This document shows positions 48,673-57,321 of a stretch of 62,470 nt of DNA, in pieces. The position numbers and the translations under genes are program-made. The first letter of the stretch is position 1. Each line of letters begins with the position of its first letter. Under the pieces are notes generated by a model, which saw only the letters and a list, made by a program, of their open reading frames with translations, made no database searches and had not been told where the DNA came from. Source of the DNA: an uncultured Thermoprotei archaeon (GTDB taxonomy: Archaea > Thermoproteota > Thermoprotei > Thermofilales > B15-G2); contig CBDUKN010000018.1 in the NCBI GenBank assembly GCA_965367815.1, positions 1 through 62,470 on the forward strand, written 5' to 3'.

Positions 48673-48818
48673 TGGTGCCCCGGCCGGGATTTTCCCTCGG
48701 AGGGTGTGTGTCCTCCGAGTTTTGAACCCGGGTTCTCCGGCTATAGAGGGGACCCGCCCAGTCTCTGCGTGAAGAGCTCGAGAGGCCGGAATGTTTGACC
48801 GGGCTACACCACCGGGGC
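48673..48818 (-). tRNA. tRNA-Glu(CTC) with three introns (48761-48778 and 48743-48760 in tandem at 37/38; ~48690-48720 in the T loop)
   Basis: Removing these gives GCCCCGG...CCGGC-CTCTCGA-GCCGG...CCGGG-TTCAAAT-CCCGG-CCGGGGC-ACCA; each junction fits a BHB. Confidence 0.88.
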
Positions 48819-48876
48819 AAAATAACCTACAAGCACCCCATAATTAAATTTTTCTCTAATTGTATTTTATTAGGTG

Positions 48877-49500
48877 TTACTTGATGCTTTTAATCCTATA
48901 TATAATTACCTTGACTTTATGTATTTTTTCTTTATGGTGTGAGTGCATTCTCGGTATTGTAATAAGTCCAATAGCTTTGTGTGAAATTTTTCCTCCTAAG
49001 GAAGGTACTTTGCTTTCAATATACGAGGCCGTTGAAGCTTTGTGAATAGTATATACGGTGTTTGCTAAAGAGAGAGCTGTCTTTAGGAACACTATGTCTA
49101 TGCCTCTTCTGTGTACTCCAAAGGGAGGGTTCTGTACAACTGTGTCTACTTTTCTAGCTAAAGCGAAGTGAGCTACATCGGCTACCACGAAATCTACTTT
49201 ATGGAATACGCCGAATTTTTTAGAATAGTTTTTGGCCAATAAAATTTGTCTTTTGTCTATATCTACTCCGATAACATAGGATGCCCCTAATAAGGTAGCA
49301 CCTACTGCAAGTCTTCCGGACCCGCAGCCTAAGTCCACGACTTTTCTGCTTGCTATGTCATCGAATGTAGTTGCTGCAACCCAAAGTAGATCGCTTGCGA
49401 GCTGAACAGGAGTTTCATACTGCTCTAGCCTTAAAGACGGCTTTTCTGGTCCCTTTATTAGTGAAAGAATTTTCTTTAACTCACTTTTCCTAATTTCCAT
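48877..49500 (-). CDS. METTL5-family N6-adenine RNA methyltransferase
   Basis: LEQYETP, DLGCGSG, QNPPFG, YTIHK. Confidence 0.9.
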   Translation of the reverse strand: MEIRKSELKKILSLIKGPEKPSLRLEQYETPVQLASDLLWVAATTFDDIASRKVVDLGCGSGRLAVGATLLGASYVIGVDIDKRQILLAKNYSKKFGVFHKVDFVVADVAHFALARKVDTVVQNPPFGVHRRGIDIVFLKTALSLANTVYTIHKASTASYIESKVPSLGGKISHKAIGLITIPRMHSHHKEKIHKVKVIIYRIKSIK

Positions 49501-49593
49501 TTTAATGATTCTTTTTACCGCGTTATTTTAAGCTTAGTGTTAAGCTCGGAGTTAAAATATAAATAGACACCACTTATAGTAGTCCTCGAAATC

Positions 49594-50982
49594 ATGATAA
49601 GGGGAAAGGTTGGTATACTCTATTTAATAGCTCTTATTGCTACCACGTATTTAATTATACCATGCTATAATGAGCCGCTCACGGCTAAAGATGTCAGAAC
49701 ATTAGAAATGATAAATAGCAACTTAGTCTTCGTTGTAGAAGATACTTCAATAGGCTTGGCTGATCTTAATGGGTCTTGGATATGGCGTCAAGAATTACCT
49801 GTACCTATGCACTGGTATAAAATCGAAGACGGCAAAGTGCTTATGTATCTACGCGATGGAAGATTTATTATACTAGACTTACTTACTGGAAAAACTCTCT
49901 TCAAAAAAGTAACTGAACTTTTCTGCGGTGCAGCTATTGCTGGAGATATGCTCGCCTTTTCTAACGGAACACATTTAACTGTATACAATATAAGCAGTAA
50001 GACAGTTGAATGGGATCTATCTAAAAAGCTCTTGGGAGATGTTGAAATAGAAGTCTGGACAGGGTCAAGCAAGCTCATAGTTACCAGGCTAGCTAATGGA
50101 ACATTTCTAGTATTTGATTGGACAGGAAAAGCTCTATGGAAATATCCACTGGCACGAACATCTACTTTCTTATGGTTATCTCGAACGATGTCTCTACCAG
50201 TATCAAATGTCCTTGTAGTCAACGAGAGGGTGATAATAGTGTGGCAGAATATAACTGTTTTCTCTTCTGATGGAAAAGTAGTATTCTCAGAGAAAATAGG
50301 CGATGTTATGGCACTTTCAGTTTACCAAGATGTGATAGCGTTAGTTTCTTCTAACAGAAAGCTGGTAGTGTACTCTGTTAAAGAAAATAGAATATTGACA
50401 ACTACGCAGATACCCGTATTTACAGTAAAAGCCAGTATTTATGGCAATTTAATAGCTCTGCAAGGTGTCGACGACAACATATATCTATACGATATTAGTT
50501 CAGGCGAGCCCTATTGCGTACTATCCTTTGGTGAAAAAATACTAGATATGGCGCTCTCAGAAGACACTGTTGTTGCCGCATTAGCCAACACTAGTATCCT
50601 AAAACTCTATTTAAGTAGAGTACATCCAAGAATCTATATAAACAGTACAGAAAAATGGATTAAGCAAAATAGTGAAGCTATATATACAGTAAAGCTTCTT
50701 GAAAAAACAAATGAAATAAAGGCTCAGTTAATTGGAATAAATGGTGAGGTAAAAATTCAAGACGATACTATAGTAGTAAGAATATATCCCATAAAGCATA
50801 TAGGGAATCATAACGTAGTACTTTATATAAAGAGCGCACAAGGAAGTACGATGCTTTCTCTTAAACTCCACATAACAGGGGGTGAAACAAACCTATACTA
50901 CTGGATTCTAGCAGTAGTGTTAATAGCGCTGATAATAATCCTAATACCAACTGTGTTAATAAAGCAAGAAGGATTCAGTTAA
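49594..50982 (+). CDS. Secreted, membrane-anchored PQQ/WD40-like beta-propeller protein
   Basis: Signal peptide, repeated D..G...W blades, C-terminal TM helix. Confidence 0.75.
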   Translation: MIRGKVGILYLIALIATTYLIIPCYNEPLTAKDVRTLEMINSNLVFVVEDTSIGLADLNGSWIWRQELPVPMHWYKIEDGKVLMYLRDGRFIILDLLTGKTLFKKVTELFCGAAIAGDMLAFSNGTHLTVYNISSKTVEWDLSKKLLGDVEIEVWTGSSKLIVTRLANGTFLVFDWTGKALWKYPLARTSTFLWLSRTMSLPVSNVLVVNERVIIVWQNITVFSSDGKVVFSEKIGDVMALSVYQDVIALVSSNRKLVVYSVKENRILTTTQIPVFTVKASIYGNLIALQGVDDNIYLYDISSGEPYCVLSFGEKILDMALSEDTVVAALANTSILKLYLSRVHPRIYINSTEKWIKQNSEAIYTVKLLEKTNEIKAQLIGINGEVKIQDDTIVVRIYPIKHIGNHNVVLYIKSAQGSTMLSLKLHITGGETNLYYWILAVVLIALIIILIPTVLIKQEGFS

Positions 50983-51004
50983 AATAAAATTTATAATAAA
51001 ACTA

Positions 51005-51054
51005 TCAGACAAGGGTGGGTTCTTCATATATCCGATCGTCTCTTCCTTCATCAT
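51005..51054 (-). ncRNA. Candidate C/D-box sRNA
   Basis: ATGATGA (C) guide CGGA (D') ATGAAGA (C') ACCCACCCTTGT CTGA (D). Confidence 0.8.
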
Positions 51055-51062
51055 CTAGCGGC

Positions 51063-51115
51063 TCGGTGGGCCTAGCATCGCTCATCTATCGCTATGGGCG
51101 CAGGAGCCTCATCGC
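51063..51115 (-). ncRNA. Candidate C/D-box sRNA, tandem upstream partner
   Basis: GCGATGA (C), GCGA (D'), TAGATGA (C'), CCGA (D); degenerate boxes. Confidence 0.5.
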
Positions 51116-51170
51116 TCCAAATAATCGTAATACTTTTATTCTCTTTAATTTTTCTACTTGAGGTAGTCCA

Positions 51171-51743
51171 ATGTCTCAGAGCAGATACGAGCAGTACATG
51201 GAAATTAGATTTAAGAGAAAATATCTAGATTTAATAGCTGACGGTATAAAGTCGACTACTATTAGAAGAGGTAGGAGGAAGATTTTTTCGAAATATATGA
51301 GGATATTCGGCGGAAATAGCCTCTTTGCTGAAGCTGAAGTAAGGAAAATAAGCTATAAAAGGGTATATCAGTTATCGTTAAACGACGCTATTAAAGATGG
51401 TTTTCTGAGCATTGATGAGCTTCTCGAAGAACTGAAGGAAATATATCCTTCTTTAAGCTCCTCTGACTGGATCACCATAATAGAGTTTAAAATACTAAAT
51501 CTTTTCTGTAGAAATATTAGTGTCGAAGTGAAGTATAAAGACTTATCTTCTAAAGATATAGCTTTGCTAGCACTTAAATATGACTTAGTGAGGGGAAGAG
51601 GTGCTGAAATATTAAGGCTAGTTATTGAGAAGGGAAGTATATGGCAGGCTACAGTTACTACCGGAAGGGCTTCGAGTAGATTCTTAATTAGAAAAGTTGT
51701 TTTAGACGCGCTTCACAAGCTTAAAGAAAACAATATCATTTAA
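51171..51743 (+). CDS. ASCH-domain protein
   Basis: GIKSTTIRRG, DAIKDGF, ELKEIYP. Confidence 0.85.
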   Translation: MSQSRYEQYMEIRFKRKYLDLIADGIKSTTIRRGRRKIFSKYMRIFGGNSLFAEAEVRKISYKRVYQLSLNDAIKDGFLSIDELLEELKEIYPSLSSSDWITIIEFKILNLFCRNISVEVKYKDLSSKDIALLALKYDLVRGRGAEILRLVIEKGSIWQATVTTGRASSRFLIRKVVLDALHKLKENNII

Positions 51744-53623
51744 CGGCGCTTCCTTTTAGTTAAGTCGCCCCAGTAGTCTCTCATGTTTTTTAGCGATTCT
51801 GCAACTTCTCGAGCAAATTTTTCTTCAGCTGCTATTAGTCTATCAAAGTATTCAAGAAATCTCTTCTTGACGCTTTCTACGACTTCTTCGCTTCTCTTGA
51901 TACCGGAGGCTATAAGCGAGAGTTCTTTTTCAATAGAGCCTCTTACTTCGGGTGAGACTAATTCAGGTACTATTGAGTGAAGTGCTACAGCTATAGTTTT
52001 TCCTAAAGGTGTTGGTATGCACTGTTTATTGCGAATGTAGAAGTATCCTCGCTCTATATTAGTTTGTAAATGATCCTGCATAGTAGCATCTGTGCCTATA
52101 CCGTATTTTCTCATAAGTCTCAGTAACTCAGATTCGCTTAAGTAAGGCGGAGGCTTTGTTTCTTTCTCAACAATCTTTGCTGAAATAAGTCTTACTTTAG
52201 TTCCCCTGGATACATAAGGCAGAATTTTTTCCGAAGGCTTTTCATAAGGATAGATTTCGTAAAATCCTAAGTCTAGTATTTTTAGCCCATTCACCGTAAA
52301 CATGTGTTTGCCTACAGCAATGACTATTTCTTGCCTTTCTATTTGAGCAGGAGGACTTAAGGTAGCCAAGAAGTGTCTCACTATAAAGTCATAGAGTTTC
52401 GCTCCTTTTTCTCCGAATTTCTTCTTAACGAACTGTAATCCTACACTCTTAGCAGGATATATAGGGGGATGAGCCTTATCGTCGTCACGTCCTCTTGTAG
52501 GAACTATACTGGGTCTCGAGAGAATTCTTCTTCTAACATAGCTTCCATATAACTCGTGGTTACTAAACATCGAAGCTAGTCTCTTCAAGTTAAGTGAAGG
52601 AGGATATATCGTGGTATCTGTTCTGGGATATGAGATCAGTCCGTTCCTGTAGAGAGCCTCAGCTAGATCCATGCACTGTCTCGCTCTAATATTCAGGAAG
52701 CGGCTCGCTCTTCTTTCCATTTCAACAGTATTGAGGGGTATTGGCGGAGAAACAGTTCTTTTAACATATTCTGCCTTCGAAACTATTCCGTATCCTTGCT
52801 TAAGTATTTCATCTAAAATCTTTTTTGCTTCGTCTCTATTTTCTATTTTCTCCTTATAGTATTTAAATTTAACTCTTTTTCCGTTTATGCTGAATATAGC
52901 TTCAATAGTATGGTACTTTTTCTTAACAAATTTTTCTCTTTCTAAAGCTCTTTGAACAACTAAGAAAAGCACGGGAGACTGGCAAGGACCGTAGCTGAGA
53001 AATCTTTTGGCGGGGAGAAGTTTAGTTGCTCTACGCCTAATAGCAAGCGTAATAAACCTAGTAAACGAGGCTCCAATAATCAGGTCAAGCATCATTCTTG
53101 AAAAACACTTCTGGGCAAGCAGTGGATCGGGCTGTCTTGGGTTCTTTAAAGCGTTTAAAATATCCTGTTTTGTTACTGCAGAAAACCATATTCTCTCAAA
53201 CTTTATTCTCGGATTGACTTTCTTCATTATTTCCATTACTTCAAAACATATACTTTCTCCCTCGGGGTCCGCATCGAGAGCGAGAATAACTCTATTAGTG
53301 CGTTTAGCTAATTCACGCAAGATATATACGAAGATCTTGCTTTCTTCTCTTATTATTCTAACAGGAGTTATGAAGAAAAGATTTCTTGGATGAGTGCTCG
53401 TCCATCTACGGTATTCTTCCGAGAAGTCATAGTCCATTAAGTGTCCGCGTAGTCCAATAGAAACCCATAGCTTCGAATTTTTTCTAAAAAAGTATAAGGG
53501 GACATCTCTAATTTTAATAGTTTTAATAATACTTTCAGCTAAGAAGAGGGCGATATTCCTTGCAACAGAATTTTTCTCGGCGACAACAACAGTATCTATG
53601 AAAGGTAATTTCATTGTCCGCAC
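51740..53623 (-). CDS. topA: Type IA DNA topoisomerase (archaeal TopA/Topo III)
   Basis: AEK, DADPEGE TOPRIM, ISYPRTD catalytic Tyr, AHPPIYP, GIGTDAT. Confidence 0.95.
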   Translation of the reverse strand: MRTMKLPFIDTVVVAEKNSVARNIALFLAESIIKTIKIRDVPLYFFRKNSKLWVSIGLRGHLMDYDFSEEYRRWTSTHPRNLFFITPVRIIREESKIFVYILRELAKRTNRVILALDADPEGESICFEVMEIMKKVNPRIKFERIWFSAVTKQDILNALKNPRQPDPLLAQKCFSRMMLDLIIGASFTRFITLAIRRRATKLLPAKRFLSYGPCQSPVLFLVVQRALEREKFVKKKYHTIEAIFSINGKRVKFKYYKEKIENRDEAKKILDEILKQGYGIVSKAEYVKRTVSPPIPLNTVEMERRASRFLNIRARQCMDLAEALYRNGLISYPRTDTTIYPPSLNLKRLASMFSNHELYGSYVRRRILSRPSIVPTRGRDDDKAHPPIYPAKSVGLQFVKKKFGEKGAKLYDFIVRHFLATLSPPAQIERQEIVIAVGKHMFTVNGLKILDLGFYEIYPYEKPSEKILPYVSRGTKVRLISAKIVEKETKPPPYLSESELLRLMRKYGIGTDATMQDHLQTNIERGYFYIRNKQCIPTPLGKTIAVALHSIVPELVSPEVRGSIEKELSLIASGIKRSEEVVESVKKRFLEYFDRLIAAEEKFAREVAESLKNMRDYWGDLTKRKRR

Positions 53624-53722
53624 ATATGCCGGAGTTCACCCTAATTAAGTTTACCTTCAATATAAGCGGACTACATTATAAAAACCGAAAAGCTTATTTT
53701 TCATTTAAGTAGAACTTAAATT

Positions 53723-53820
53723 GCGCCGGTAGTCTAGCCTGGTAGGACGTCGGCCTGCCATGCGCCTCTCAGGCTCGTAGAACGCCGGTGACCCGGGTTC
53801 AAATCCCGGCCGGCGCACCA
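53723..53820 (+). tRNA. tRNA-Gly(GCC) with 22-nt intron at 37/38 (53761-53782)
   Basis: GCGCCGG acceptor, CTGC/GTAG BHB central helix, encoded CCA. Confidence 0.94.
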
Positions 53821-53822
53821 TT

Positions 53823-54533
53823 TTACTTGCAGACTATTAATGTACCGTAATCTCTGCCCTCGACTACTCCTAAAATAGTCTCTTTATCGCCTTTAACGAC
53901 TCTAGCAGGAATTCTGGACCTAGAAATAATTATGAGAGCTACTTTATCAAATAGCTTATAGGTTCCGGCAAGGCTTTCTCCACCAGCTAGTATCTTTTCT
54001 AGAGTTTCGACTGAAACTTCCTTTAGAAGTTTAGCGTCAGGAAATTTCTTGGGGTCTCTGTCATACACTCCCTCGACATCAGTTGTTATAAGCAGCAAGT
54101 CTGCTCCTATTGCCTCTGCGCAGAGAGCCGCCACAGCAGTTGTCGACTGACCGGGCTGAAAACCTCCCACGCAAACAGCTCTACTTACTTGAATCAAGTC
54201 GATAACTTCGTTTACAGAAGACGGTATTTTGAGAGGAGCATGAGGGTATAGTAGAGAAGCCAGTATTTTCGCGTTCAGTCTCGCAGCCTCTATTCCAATA
54301 AGATCTCTAATAGACTCACTGACATCTACTCGCCTAGTAACCGTTAAGGCAGCTCTAGCTAAATAGCCTCCCCCTACTACTGCCACTACTCGGTGTCCTT
54401 TTTCAAGCAGAATTTTTATACAGTCTGCGTACTCCAGAAGCTTACGGCCGTCAAAAACTTCTTCGCGGCGAGATATCAAGTGTCCGCTAACCTTGATAAC
54501 TATTCTCATAACTTCACCTTTTTTCACAATCAA
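53823..54533 (-). CDS. pyrH: UMP kinase
   Basis: KVSG, VGGG..AR, GFQPGQST, VEGVYDRDPK. Confidence 0.93.
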   Translation of the reverse strand: MIVKKGEVMRIVIKVSGHLISRREEVFDGRKLLEYADCIKILLEKGHRVVAVVGGGYLARAALTVTRRVDVSESIRDLIGIEAARLNAKILASLLYPHAPLKIPSSVNEVIDLIQVSRAVCVGGFQPGQSTTAVAALCAEAIGADLLLITTDVEGVYDRDPKKFPDAKLLKEVSVETLEKILAGGESLAGTYKLFDKVALIIISRSRIPARVVKGDKETILGVVEGRDYGTLIVCK

Positions 54534-54593
54534 TAACCACTATTTAGTATTACGCTGAAAATATAGTCAACTTAATTAATGCTCCAATATAAT

Positions 54594-55280
54594 CTAGCTT
54601 GTAACTCGAACCAGAAGATACAAGCGCTTTCTTAATATACCGCTCTCATACTCACGCCTAGGCAGCCCATGCATTGCTAAAACAAGCTTTACTAGAAACC
54701 TCGGCTTTCTGAGGACTTCAGCCATCTTCTTAAAGTCTTCGCTTTCAGCATCATGTGATAACTCATATATCCACGCCTCACCTCCCGGAGCAAGTACTGA
54801 AGAACACTCTCGGAAAAAGACTTCCGGTGTTCTTAAATGATGTAAAGTACCTGTGCTTACAATAAAGTCTACTGACTTCTCTCTAAACGGAAGTCTATGC
54901 GCGTCGCCGACTACTACATTGATTTTCGCGTAGACTCCGCTTTTAGCAATATTACTCTTAGCAATTCTAGCCATTGCGCAGGAAATATCTAATCCGACAG
55001 CAACAGCGGCATCAATCGACTCAGCAACTTTGACAAGCAATTTACCTGTACCGCAGCCTACCTCAACAAGTATTCTCAGACGCTGGCCAGCTTTCCTAAT
55101 TTCCTCAATAACGTACTCGTACTCTCTTTCAAGCAGCCTTGTAGCCAGCAAATTATAGATATGTGCAGACCCCGCAGGAATACCCTGTTTCCATCGCTGA
55201 AGCCTAACAAACAGACTATTTACCGCGTTCAGCAAGCCTCTTACACCAATCACATATCCCTTAAATACATCTGTGTCCAC
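54594..55280 (-). CDS. Class I SAM-dependent methyltransferase
   Basis: EVGCGTG, GLDIS, GDAHRLPF, LAPGG. Confidence 0.88.
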   Translation of the reverse strand: MDTDVFKGYVIGVRGLLNAVNSLFVRLQRWKQGIPAGSAHIYNLLATRLLEREYEYVIEEIRKAGQRLRILVEVGCGTGKLLVKVAESIDAAVAVGLDISCAMARIAKSNIAKSGVYAKINVVVGDAHRLPFREKSVDFIVSTGTLHHLRTPEVFFRECSSVLAPGGEAWIYELSHDAESEDFKKMAEVLRKPRFLVKLVLAMHGLPRREYESGILRKRLYLLVRVTS

Positions 55281-55357
55281 ACTTAAATCTCTTTGAAACT
55301 CAAAAAGCCTTAAACGAAAACTTTATATTAAGTTCATTAAGTAGTTTTCGAGAAACC

Positions 55358-55513
55358 ATGCCGCTAACAGACCCATTTAAACTAAACTTAGCACTAGAAC
55401 ACCACTTCAAAGTAAAAATATGCCGCAAATGCGGCGCTAAAAACCCCTACAGCGCAGAAAGATGCAGAAGATGTCGAAGCTACAATCTTAGACCCAAGCG
55501 CTACAAGAAGTAA
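55358..55513 (+). CDS. rpl40e: 50S ribosomal protein L40e (absent from the ORF track)
   Basis: MPLTDPFKLNLALEHHFKVKICRKCGAKNPYSAERCRRCRSYNLRPKRYKK. Confidence 0.95.
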   Translation: MPLTDPFKLNLALEHHFKVKICRKCGAKNPYSAERCRRCRSYNLRPKRYKK

Positions 55514-55517
55514 GCCC

Positions 55518-56102
55518 TTACTTTATATGTTCTTTTGCATACAGGTATATACCGTCTAGTACACCGGGACCGCCTTCACGTCCGTGAGGACAAAGCTTCT
55601 CGTCGCCCGTTAAGTGTGTCGCCAAATGGATATTCGCGCAAGTCTGCGCAACACAGTCGATATCTATTCCTTCAACTATAACGTCGTCTTTCTGAACAGT
55701 CACCTTCACGTCACCCACAATTTTAGCGTACCTAGTTTCTTTTCTTCCTAGAAAGTTCTCTATAATAACTAGCTTCTTATTTTCATCAACCGTAATGTTC
55801 ATAGGGAAGTGCGCATACACTACTTTCATTTTGTATCTATAGCCTCTAGTAACTCCTGTAATCATGTTCTTTATATGAGAAGCAATAGTCTTGACCACAG
55901 CGTACTCCTTTTTCCTAGCAAAGAATGTTTCAACAACTATTTCATTGCCCTCCTTCCTGATAAACACTTTAGCGTGCGAAAAGTCCTTAGTAATCTTCCC
56001 TAAAGGCCCCTCTACAGTAACCTTCTTACCATCTATCTCTACTTTAACATTCTCCGGTATCTCTACCCTCTCCTCGTGACGAACAACTCTCATAGCAATC
56101 AC
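55518..56102 (-). CDS. rpl6: 50S ribosomal protein L6
   Basis: GPLG, HIKNMITGVT, YAHFP, NFLG, DGIY. Confidence 0.95.
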   Translation of the reverse strand: MIAMRVVRHEERVEIPENVKVEIDGKKVTVEGPLGKITKDFSHAKVFIRKEGNEIVVETFFARKKEYAVVKTIASHIKNMITGVTRGYRYKMKVVYAHFPMNITVDENKKLVIIENFLGRKETRYAKIVGDVKVTVQKDDVIVEGIDIDCVAQTCANIHLATHLTGDEKLCPHGREGGPGVLDGIYLYAKEHIK

Positions 56103-56366
56103 ATACCTTCAACAAAACCCACATAAATACTTTTACTTATGAAGCTAAAAGAATACAGCTCTCACGCAAAGATTCTCTAAACGAGTTCTTCTGAAGGAAC
56201 TCCATATTTAACTAATTTTAGCAATTACATGAAGCTTAGATAATACCAGAGAATTTAAAATAAGCCAATCATGTCTACTGAGATTGAAAGAATACAAGTT
56301 TTTCACTAGCTTGGCAAAAATGTATCAATGCTTCAGGAAAGTGCAGTCTTGCTAAGAGAAGAAGGA

Positions 56367-56496
56367 GCCCGGCTCCCGGCACCGCCCTTTCCCGCGGCCT
56401 CTCGGACCGCAGTACTAAGGCGGCGTTAAGGGGTTTCACTTCCGGGTTCGGCATGAGACCGGGTGGGTCCCCCCTACTATGGCCGGGACACCGGGC
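56367..56496 (-). rRNA. rrf: 5S rRNA (stand-alone; exact ends uncertain)
   Basis: GGCCATAG...CACCCGGTCTCATGCCGAACCCGGAAGTGAA...AGTACT...GGGAA; terminal stem GCCCGG/CCGGGC. Confidence 0.93.
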
Positions 56497-56621
56497 AGTA
56501 TGTATGTGCGCTAACCTATTTATTAGTTTTTCTCTTGGCGGTTTTCTGTCTGTTCGTGGACTGTATTAGGGAGGTGTTTTAGCTTAGTAAGTATTTAAGT
56601 GGAGAAGCTCTAGGATTATTT

Positions 56622-57248
56622 ATGGGCTATGGGTATAAGAGGAGGGATACGACGGATATAGTGGCTGTTATTGAGGCTTTGCCTGAAATAATTAAGACGC
56701 TTTATAATGGTATATCTAGCTTGAAGGTTTCTGTAGAAATGTTGTCTGAGAGGGTCAGTGATCTTGAGAAGGCTTTGGATAGTGTAGCGAAGCTAGTTGA
56801 TGAGAAGACTATTCTTTTAGTTAACGTTTCTGATGAGCTGAAGAAGCGGCTGGAGGAAGTAAATGTTGTCTCGAAAGAGCTTTCGGATAAGTTGCCTAAG
56901 AATGTGACTGATATTATTGGCGAGTTTGCTACTAACTTGAATAAGGCTGTAGGTAAGCTTGAAGAAATGTACTCGAAGATGTTAGATGAGTTGACATTGA
57001 TTAAGAGGAGTTTCGGGGACCAGGTTGCTGTTACGATGGAGGCTGTTAATGAGGTTAAGGGGGATGTTCTATCTCTGCGGTCTAAGGTAGAGGAGCTTGG
57101 TTTGACTGTAAATGAGCTATCTTCTACTGTAAATAGAGAGCTCGCTGAAACGATGTCTAAAATACATGAGCTAGAATTGCTCGTGACCGACTTGTCGGTG
57201 CGTCTTGCTAGTTTAGAGAAGCGTATTAGACAAGTATCACATGAGTAA
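56622..57248 (+). CDS. Coiled-coil protein, hypothetical
   Basis: Continuous heptad pattern over ~190 aa; no catalytic motif. Confidence 0.8.
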   Translation: MGYGYKRRDTTDIVAVIEALPEIIKTLYNGISSLKVSVEMLSERVSDLEKALDSVAKLVDEKTILLVNVSDELKKRLEEVNVVSKELSDKLPKNVTDIIGEFATNLNKAVGKLEEMYSKMLDELTLIKRSFGDQVAVTMEAVNEVKGDVLSLRSKVEELGLTVNELSSTVNRELAETMSKIHELELLVTDLSVRLASLEKRIRQVSHE

Positions 57249-57321
57249 TATTCAGTCTCACATGCTGTATGAGCAGAGGTAAGTTTTAATTAGTATTCTA
57301 AGGGCTTTAAATACGAGGGGC

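Noticed and set aside
48614-48820. 68-aa ORF
   Set aside because: Coincides with the tRNA-Glu gene
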